From a virus (lineage: Duplodnaviria > Caudoviricetes): 25,944 nt of DNA. Within the stretch, counting starts at the first letter, position 1, and the number at the start of each line of letters is the position of its first letter. The stretch is from positions 1-25,944 of IMG/VR virus record IMGVR_UViG_3300036987_000534. One strand, given 5' to 3'. The notes beneath the pieces were generated by a model, which was given only the letters and a program-made list of their open reading frames with translations, ran no database searches and was not told the DNA's origin. Shown here in pieces: positions 8,596-15,588 of this stretch. Both the position numbers and the translations under genes were made by a program.

Positions 8596-9333
8596 ATGTA
8601 TAGTTTCGGTACGGGTATACTGCTCGGAACACGGACTGATATACCGAATGCGACGCCGGTGAATTTCGGGTTGGTCCAAGAAGTTACCATTGAAGAGACG
8701 GCCACGATCAAAGAGCTGCATGGGCAATACCAACGTGCAATCGTCGAGGCGCGCGGTACCATCAAGACGACCGGAAAAGCGAAAGTCGCGCGCATTTCCG
8801 GGCTTGCGTTCGCACATTTGTTCTACGGAGTAACGCCTACTTCAGGGCAGGTCGCAACGGCGTTTGCCGAAGCCGGAAACATACCGGCGGCGCCGCCCTA
8901 CACGTTCAGTGTGACCAATAGTGGGGAGTTTGCCGATGACAATGGTGTGGTGTATATGGCATCCGGCTTACCGCTCGTGAAGGTCGCGTCATCACCGGAT
9001 GTAGGCCAATATTCGGTAGCGGCAGGGGCGTATTCGTTCAATCTGGCGGATGCGGGTAAGGCTGTGCTTGTCAGCTACACCTATTTATTGGGTGGAGTGG
9101 GGCACAAGTTCTCTGTGACGAATCAGCTGCTTGGTACGACTCCGACGTTTCAAGCGCAATTCTATACGACTTTTCAAGGGCAGGCGGTTTCGTTGAAGTT
9201 GAACAATTGTACGTCGAACAAGTTGAGTTTCAAGACCAAGCTCGAGGACTTCGTCATGCCGGAATTCGATTTTTCATGTTTTGCCGATGCGGCTGGGAAC
9301 GTGATGACATGGTCGTTCGGGGAGGTATCGTGA
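8596..9333 (+). CDS. Major tail (tube) protein
   Basis: AGGAG RBS; MYSFGTGIL, FGLVQEVTIE, KLEDFVMPEFDF motifs; precedes chaperone and TMP. Confidence 0.8.
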   Translation: MYSFGTGILLGTRTDIPNATPVNFGLVQEVTIEETATIKELHGQYQRAIVEARGTIKTTGKAKVARISGLAFAHLFYGVTPTSGQVATAFAEAGNIPAAPPYTFSVTNSGEFADDNGVVYMASGLPLVKVASSPDVGQYSVAAGAYSFNLADAGKAVLVSYTYLLGGVGHKFSVTNQLLGTTPTFQAQFYTTFQGQAVSLKLNNCTSNKLSFKTKLEDFVMPEFDFSCFADAAGNVMTWSFGEVS

Positions 9334-9334
9334 G

Positions 9335-9706
9335 ATGCGTCTGCATCCAGAAGTGATTAGGCTCGGATCATATGAATGGGTCGTAAGGCCATTGACGTTG
9401 CGGCAGGTACAGGAAATCGAACCAATTCTCATGGATGGCGCGGTGGGGGTGAAGGGCAACATCGGCTCGGCTCTGGCAATTGTCGGTATCGCCCTCCGCC
9501 GGGATGACCCAGATGATGCTGCGAGGCTCTGGGATATCGAGGCGACCGCCCCGGAAATCGGTGCTGCCATGGGTGCGGTGCTGCGTTTGGGCGGCTTCAT
9601 ACGATCGGATGATCTAGGAGTACCGCCCTCGGGGGAAGTTCTGGCGGGCGCCACGACAATGGTCGGCTCGCCCGCCTCGACTTCGCAAACGTCTACGGAC
9701 GCCTGA
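9335..9706 (+). CDS. Tail assembly chaperone (gpG-like)
   Basis: GGAGG RBS; between tail tube and TMP; contains in-frame G GGG GAA slippery site. Confidence 0.78.
   Translation: MRLHPEVIRLGSYEWVVRPLTLRQVQEIEPILMDGAVGVKGNIGSALAIVGIALRRDDPDDAARLWDIEATAPEIGAAMGAVLRLGGFIRSDDLGVPPSGEVLAGATTMVGSPASTSQTSTDA
9616..9676 (+). promoter_or_regulatory. Programmed -1 ribosomal frameshift signal
   Basis: SD-like AGGAG 9616-9620, slippery GGGGGAA 9631-9637, 8-bp GC stem GGCGGGCG 9643-9650 / CGCCCGCC 9669-9676; -1 frame open 9613-9933. Confidence 0.75.
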
Positions 9707-9933
9707 TGACTGCTTGTGGCTATACACCGGCTGAGATCGACGATATGCCGTTTTGTGATGTTCTCGGTCTTTTTGCGTATTGGCAGGATCACCCGCCGGT
9801 ACATGAGATTCTGAAGTGTGTGTATAGAATCGAGCGCAACCTTGACGCCACCGAGAGAAGAAGCTCCGAGGATCCGAGTGGCATTGGGGAGCTGATTTCG
9901 CGCTTTCCACGAGGGTTCGTGCGGGAGGTCTAG
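9631..9933 (+). CDS. gpT-like -1 frame portion of the tail chaperone fusion (track ORF 9706-9933)
   Basis: The -1 frame reads GGSSGGRHDNGRLARLDFANVYGRLMTACGYTPAEIDDMPF..., which looks coding upstream of ATG 9706; lies directly before TMP. Confidence 0.7.
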   Translation, partial: GGSSGGRHDNGRLARLDFANVYGRLMTACGYTPAEIDDMPFCDVLGLFAYWQDHPPVHEILKCVYRIERNLDATERRSSEDPSGIGELISRFPRGFVREV

Positions 9934-9984
9934 GCACTTCGTTCGTCGAAGTCGGATTCACCGAGCAGGGAAGGGCACGAGCGC

Positions 9985-11259
9985 ATGTCCGACGGTGTGG
10001 TCATCAAGCTGAATGCTGACGTCTCCGACTTGGAACGCGGTTTGCGGGATGCCGCGACCGCGATGGAGGCGACTTTGGGGGTCTTGCAGTCTGGTGCTGC
10101 TCGACTCGATACCTCGTTCGCGTCCGTGACGCGTGGATCAGCGAATAGTGTTGGCGAGCGAATATCCAGCGCTCAGGCGTCCAGTGCCGCGGAACTCGCT
10201 CTCGCTCGGCAAACCGAGGCCAACAGGTACGATATCGCAGTCAATGGCGTTAGGGAGCAGATTTCGCTCGTTCGCCTGCAAGCGCAGACCGGGCAGATGT
10301 CTCGTCAGCAGGAGCTCACGAGCCTACTTGGTCTGTCGCGGAAAAAGGAAGAGATCGAGCGGGACCATTTCCGAGTTCTGGCCGGTACCTACCGCCAGGG
10401 TACTGTTGCCTATGCTGCGGCGCAGGCAAAGACGAGCGAGATCACGAGCGAATCCGCGCGTCGTCGCCAGGAGATCGAGAGATCGGTTACAACGCAAATT
10501 CAACATGATTATCGGCGATCGTTTGGTCAGATCGGCGACAGTGTATCACGTTCGATCACAGGGATGATTGCGGGAACGACATCGTTTCGGGACGCCGCGC
10601 GCAATATTCTTCTGCAACTTATTCAGACCTTCATGCAGGCTCGGGTTCGGATGGTTACAGATTGGCTCGCCGGTGTCGTTGCGCAGACAACTGCGACATC
10701 TGCCGGCGAAGCATCGAAGACTGCGGCAGTGGCGGCAGGAACATCCGCGCGCACGAATTTGGAGTCGAGTGCTGCGGCGACTTCTGGCTTCGGCATAGTG
10801 TCGAACATTCTGAAAAGTATCTTCGCTTCGGCCGCACAGACTTTTGCGGGCATTTTTGGTTTTCTTTCGCCAGTCATGGGTCCCGCAGCCGCAGGACCTG
10901 CGTTTGCAGGGCAGGCCACAGTGCTCGGCGTCGCAAGCGCGTTGCCGGCCTTCGAGGTCGGGTCCTGGGATTTGCCGGGGGATATGATTGCGAAAGTGCA
11001 CAAGGGCGAAATGATCGTACCGGCCGGCCCGGCGGCAGCTTGGCGATCGGCATTGGATGAGGGCCCAATCGGTAGCTCGTTCGGAGCTGGCAGCGGTCAG
11101 GTTACTGTCAACCACGCGACTCACATCAACGTGAATGCACTCGATGGCGCAAGTATCAGGAAGTTCTTCAAGAATAATAACCAATTGATCATGCGCACAA
11201 TCAACGAAGGTGTGCGCACCGGAGCGCATTTGGGGCTCGGTAAGCTTGGTTCAGTCTAG
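9985..11259 (+). CDS. Tape measure protein (short, 424 aa)
   Basis: N-terminal VVIKLNADVSDLERGL, Ala-rich helical body, hydrophobic segment, C-terminal PAFEVGSWDLPGDMIAKVHKGEMIVPA motif typical of TMPs. Confidence 0.85.
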   Translation: MSDGVVIKLNADVSDLERGLRDAATAMEATLGVLQSGAARLDTSFASVTRGSANSVGERISSAQASSAAELALARQTEANRYDIAVNGVREQISLVRLQAQTGQMSRQQELTSLLGLSRKKEEIERDHFRVLAGTYRQGTVAYAAAQAKTSEITSESARRRQEIERSVTTQIQHDYRRSFGQIGDSVSRSITGMIAGTTSFRDAARNILLQLIQTFMQARVRMVTDWLAGVVAQTTATSAGEASKTAAVAAGTSARTNLESSAAATSGFGIVSNILKSIFASAAQTFAGIFGFLSPVMGPAAAGPAFAGQATVLGVASALPAFEVGSWDLPGDMIAKVHKGEMIVPAGPAAAWRSALDEGPIGSSFGAGSGQVTVNHATHINVNALDGASIRKFFKNNNQLIMRTINEGVRTGAHLGLGKLGSV

Positions 11260-11283
11260 GCATTTACTCGTGTCGTGGGATGT

Positions 11284-13614
11284 ATGACATATATCAATGG
11301 CATCAATTTACTCCCAGGTACGGGGGAGTTCACTTATGACACCGTGGCACATCTCGGGCAACGTCCTGCGACAGAAACGTCCGCCGTCCCGATCAATGTC
11401 TATGCCTCCGGTGCGTCTGCGTCCAGCTATGCCGGCGAGCCGACAGATTTCATCAGGGCTATCGATAATCTACAAGCGGAGTTTCCAGACTGCACGACCA
11501 TCTCCCTGATTGTTTCTTGGTTTTTCGACTCGATCACTGCGCGGTTCTGCAAAGTCTTTCCCTCGACAACCTATATCAACGGAAATTTTTCCTACTGGAC
11601 GGGATCCCGATGGGAGGCAGACGGTTGGAAAGTGTCGGGGTTGACGCAATCCACGCCCGGCGTCATTCCGATCTCGTCGAGCGGAGGCAAATTCAATTAT
11701 GGCGGGACGCCATCGGATTCCTCGGTCTACAACGCGATTGTTGAGTTGAAATCGCGTGGCCTGCGCGTGGTGTTCTATCCTTTCCTGCTCGGCGACATTC
11801 CGGGAAGCTTTCCATGGCGCGGGCGGATCACCTATTCACCCGATAGGAATGCTGATGGTATCCCCATCGGTGCTGACAAAACCACCGATGCCGAAACGTC
11901 GGTTGCTCATTTTCTTGGTGGTTGCCAAGTCGGCGACTTCTCCATCGTTGGTGGGGAGGTGGTCTATGCACCGAGCGGCGACCGGACGCTTCTCGACTTC
12001 AGCTATCGGAGAATGATCCTCCACTATGCAAACCTTTGCGTTATGGCCGACGGGGTCGATCTCTTCATCATCGGCTCTGAACTCGTAGGCCTCGAAAGTA
12101 TCCGTGGTACGGACTGGACTAAAGCCGGGCTGGGGAATCCGACGACCTGGGACTATCCTTTCGTCAACGGGATGATCACGCTAGCCGACGACGTGCGCAG
12201 CGTATTCGACTCAGCCGGTCTAACCAAGAACCTCACGACCAAAAAAAATCTCGTGTCCTATGCCGCGGACTGGTCCACCTGGATGGGGGTTTCACATGGA
12301 CAGGCAAATCCGCCGGACGAGGGGCAGTGGCCGCACCTCGATCAGCTCTGGGCACAATCGAACATCGATCTCGTCTGCTTCGACAATTACCTACCAATAT
12401 CGGATTGGACCATAGGGGCTGGCGGCCGAGATGTGTCGAATTGGTCGGTGCCCAAGTATTCTGGGTCATGGCCTCCCGATGAGACACAGATGAATGGACT
12501 CGGGCTGACCGGGAGTCCGAGGCTCCTGTCAAAGGATTATCTCAAGGCGAACATCGAGGGTGGAGAAAAATTCAATTGGTATTACGCGGGCCCTGATCGG
12601 AATCTGGGCCTCGGCCTCGACCTGAATGGTTCCGCTGAGCAGGTTTCCCGTCCCGAAGGCGATCGGCTTGCCCAGGTACGCACTCGTTACTACGCAGATC
12701 AGGAGATTCTTGCGAACAAACAGATCCGCTGGTGGTGGAAAAATACTCATCAGGCGATCTATCCGATCGCGCCGGAGGGTTGGTCGCCACGCGGCAACCC
12801 TACGAAATGGGCGGCGCAGACGAAGTCTATTGCCTTCTCGGAATATGGTTTTCCGTCCTGCGACAAGGCGACGAACCAACCAAATGTATTCTTCGATCCG
12901 AAAAGCGAAGAGAGCTTCACGCCATATTGGTCGGAATGGAAGTCGGCCTTCGGTGGGATTTATCTTCCAAAAGAAGATTCGGTGATCGCTGCGCTCGCAC
13001 TTCAAGCGGTCCACGAATATTGGTTCGTAGACGGCAACAACGATGTGTCGGTTAGCGGAGCCGTGATGCTCGATCAAGCATTTTGTTCGGTCTGGGCTTG
13101 GGATGCGCGGCCCTTCCCGATATTCCCGCAGTTCTCTCGGGTTTGGGGCGATGCTGCGAACTGGGCATCAGGCCATTGGGTCGGGGGAAAGGAGCGATTC
13201 ATCGAGCCGCCACATTGGGACCCGTCGCCTGAGAGCGGAGCATGGCCGGCATTTCCGATCCTCTCTGGGCAAGGCTGGTCCGTGATTTATAGGCCTACCA
13301 CCTCCCCGATTAAAGCCCAACACGTTTCCGGACGAGAATCTCGTGCGGTCCGGACTTCGAGCGGTTTGCTCGAGATCGAGATTACGTTCGATGTGATGCG
13401 GATGGACAATCCAGCCGAAATCGAACTGCTTGCGGGTTTCTACGCTGATCGTGCTGGGGCGCACGAACCCTTCACATACTTTCTACCGACCGCCTTGGCT
13501 CTTGGAACTTCGATTACGGCGCGGTTCATCGATGATCATTTGGGCGTAGAGGAATTTGCACTACGGCTTTGGCGCGGCGAGTCAGTAAAGATCGCTCAGA
13601 CGAGAGGTGAATAG
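11284..13614 (+). CDS. GTA TIM-barrel (glycoside hydrolase-like) domain fused to a C-terminal DUF2460/distal-tail-like domain
   Basis: YRRMILHYANLC..DGVDLFIIGSEL, SYAADWS, DNYLPISDW, FSEYG, TNQPNVFFDPKS and WAWDARPFP motifs of GTA_TIM. The last ~120 aa align with the next gene. Start ATG 11284 or GTG 11275. Confidence 0.85.
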   Translation: MTYINGINLLPGTGEFTYDTVAHLGQRPATETSAVPINVYASGASASSYAGEPTDFIRAIDNLQAEFPDCTTISLIVSWFFDSITARFCKVFPSTTYINGNFSYWTGSRWEADGWKVSGLTQSTPGVIPISSSGGKFNYGGTPSDSSVYNAIVELKSRGLRVVFYPFLLGDIPGSFPWRGRITYSPDRNADGIPIGADKTTDAETSVAHFLGGCQVGDFSIVGGEVVYAPSGDRTLLDFSYRRMILHYANLCVMADGVDLFIIGSELVGLESIRGTDWTKAGLGNPTTWDYPFVNGMITLADDVRSVFDSAGLTKNLTTKKNLVSYAADWSTWMGVSHGQANPPDEGQWPHLDQLWAQSNIDLVCFDNYLPISDWTIGAGGRDVSNWSVPKYSGSWPPDETQMNGLGLTGSPRLLSKDYLKANIEGGEKFNWYYAGPDRNLGLGLDLNGSAEQVSRPEGDRLAQVRTRYYADQEILANKQIRWWWKNTHQAIYPIAPEGWSPRGNPTKWAAQTKSIAFSEYGFPSCDKATNQPNVFFDPKSEESFTPYWSEWKSAFGGIYLPKEDSVIAALALQAVHEYWFVDGNNDVSVSGAVMLDQAFCSVWAWDARPFPIFPQFSRVWGDAANWASGHWVGGKERFIEPPHWDPSPESGAWPAFPILSGQGWSVIYRPTTSPIKAQHVSGRESRAVRTSSGLLEIEITFDVMRMDNPAEIELLAGFYADRAGAHEPFTYFLPTALALGTSITARFIDDHLGVEEFALRLWRGESVKIAQTRGE

Positions 13615-14225
13615 TGCCTGAGGCTCCTCCTTTTCCAGTTCTCAAAGGGCAGGGCTGGTCGGTCAAGAAGAAGCCGAGTTTTTCGACCCGGGTCGCAAGT
13701 CACGTATCTGGTCGTGAGGTTCGTGCTCCCCGATTTTCGTACCCGCTATACGAGTTCGAGCTGACATTTGACGGTCTGGACTCGGATGGATCATTCCCGG
13801 AACTCGGTACGAATTCGCTCCAAAGTTTGATGGGCCTCTACGTGCAATGCCAAGGGAGCTATGGATCGTTTCTCTATACCGACCCGACAGATTACGCGGT
13901 GACGGAGCAACTGCTCGGGACCGCCACAGGCACACAAACCTCCTTCACGTTCCAGCGCACACTCGGCGCGACGATCGAGGCGGTGCCCTATGTGACCAGC
14001 GTGTCGAGCGTCCATCTGAATGGTGTGGACCAGCCCAGCGGTTGGTCCCTGGCCGCGCCACGGACGCTTAGGTTTTCGGTCCCACCGGGCACTGGCATCG
14101 CGGTTACGGCGACCTTCAAGTATGCATTCGAGTGCCGCTTTCTAGATGATCAGGTAGACTTCGAAAATTTCATGGCTGGCCTTTGGAGGGTAGAGAGTTT
14201 GAAGTTCAGGAGCGTGAAATCATGA
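13614..14225 (+). CDS. DUF2460 distal tail protein (RcGTA g12-like)
   Basis: PSFSTRVASHVSGREVR, FLYTDPTD, GTATGTQTSFTF, CRFLDD motifs; GTG overlaps upstream TAG; GAGG RBS. Confidence 0.85.
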   Translation: MPEAPPFPVLKGQGWSVKKKPSFSTRVASHVSGREVRAPRFSYPLYEFELTFDGLDSDGSFPELGTNSLQSLMGLYVQCQGSYGSFLYTDPTDYAVTEQLLGTATGTQTSFTFQRTLGATIEAVPYVTSVSSVHLNGVDQPSGWSLAAPRTLRFSVPPGTGIAVTATFKYAFECRFLDDQVDFENFMAGLWRVESLKFRSVKS

Positions 14226-15097
14226 GATCGGCATCGGTAGCGTTACTCGCGCATCTCAACGCACTCCGTTCCGGCGACGCGAAATCCTTCATTGCGAACC
14301 TCTACACCTTCACACTTCGTACCGGCGTCGTCCTGACTTATACCGACGCGGATGTTCCGATTGTATGGAATGGTCATTCCTACATTGCCGATGCCGTGCT
14401 GGTCGAGGGGCTGCAATACAAATGCGCAGTGGGTCTCGAGGTCGATCAGCAGCAGATCGTGATTTCTGCCCGAGAGACCGATACGGTGGAAAACGTTCCA
14501 TTCTTGCAAGCGTTGCGCAGTGGTGTCTTCGACGGGTGTGCGATCCAACGTGAGTTGGCGTTCTTGACAGCGTGGGACGCAGCACCGCTCGGTGCGGTGA
14601 TCGTATTCAAGGGAAGGATGGGTACAATCGATAGAATCGGCCGGGTCGGAGCTGAGATCACGGTCAATTCGGACCTAATACTTCTCGATCTGGAAATGCC
14701 CCGCAATTTCTACACCGCAAATTGCCAGCACGTCCTCTATGATACGGGCTGTGCGCTGAATAAAGAAGCTTTCGGCGCAAGTGGCGAAGTTGTCATTGGG
14801 TCTACACGGTCCATAATATTGTGGGCGGGCGGCTCCTCGGCCTATTCTCAAGGCACCATCACATTCTCGGCTGGCGCGAACGCCGGCGTGAGAGCGAACG
14901 TCAAAGCCGGTTTTACGAGCACTCCGAGCAACGGTTTGATGTTGAGCTACCCACTCCCCAATTCGCCTTTGGTCGGAGATACGTTCAGGGTCTATCAAGG
15001 CTGTGATCATACGAAGAATACCTGTCTGAACAAATTCGGTAACATTATCAACTTTCGGGGGTTCCCCTACATTCCGCCACCGACCTATGCGGTTTGA
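14222..15097 (+). CDS. DUF2163/BR0599 baseplate hub protein (RcGTA g13-like)
   Basis: ATGA overlap at 14222; cysteine cluster NCQHVLYDTGC ... GCDHTKNTCLNKFGNIINFRGFPYIP. Confidence 0.88.
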   Translation: MRSASVALLAHLNALRSGDAKSFIANLYTFTLRTGVVLTYTDADVPIVWNGHSYIADAVLVEGLQYKCAVGLEVDQQQIVISARETDTVENVPFLQALRSGVFDGCAIQRELAFLTAWDAAPLGAVIVFKGRMGTIDRIGRVGAEITVNSDLILLDLEMPRNFYTANCQHVLYDTGCALNKEAFGASGEVVIGSTRSIILWAGGSSAYSQGTITFSAGANAGVRANVKAGFTSTPSNGLMLSYPLPNSPLVGDTFRVYQGCDHTKNTCLNKFGNIINFRGFPYIPPPTYAV

Positions 15098-15109
15098 GGA
15101 GTTTTGGAC

Positions 15110-15544
15110 ATGGATCAGCGCAGCATTGTCGTTGACGAGGCTCGCAGGTGGCTCGGCACACCCTACCATTGTCAAGCGGATGTCCGTGGCGCCGGGGTGG
15201 ACTGCGCCATGTTGATTGTGCGTGTGTTTGTGGATTCAGGGCTATGCGAGGCTTTTGATCCGCGGCCCTATAGTGACGACTGGTTCTTGCATAGGTCCGA
15301 CGAGCGTTATCTCGGGTTCGTATTCAACTATTGCGCAGAGGTGCAGGGAGCGTGCCCCGGAGATGTGATCGTATTCCGTTACGGGCGCTGCTATTCGCAC
15401 GGAGGGATCGTAACAGTCGCGGATCCCTTGACCATCATCCATGCTTACCAACCTGCGCGGCGCGTCATCGAGGAGATTGTCGCCGGCAACGGAAATCTTA
15501 CCACACCCTCTCGTCGGCCACGCATCTTTTCCTATTGGGCATAG
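15110..15544 (+). CDS. NlpC/P60 cell-wall peptidase (RcGTA g14-like)
   Basis: EARRWLGTPY, catalytic GVDC, PGDVIVF, SHGGI, IIHA motifs; GAGGAG RBS 8 nt before ATG 15110. Confidence 0.9.
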   Translation: MDQRSIVVDEARRWLGTPYHCQADVRGAGVDCAMLIVRVFVDSGLCEAFDPRPYSDDWFLHRSDERYLGFVFNYCAEVQGACPGDVIVFRYGRCYSHGGIVTVADPLTIIHAYQPARRVIEEIVAGNGNLTTPSRRPRIFSYWA

Positions 15545-15588
15545 CGATGTCGTACTTGCGATGATCGCCGGAGATAGGTTGTCTAAGC

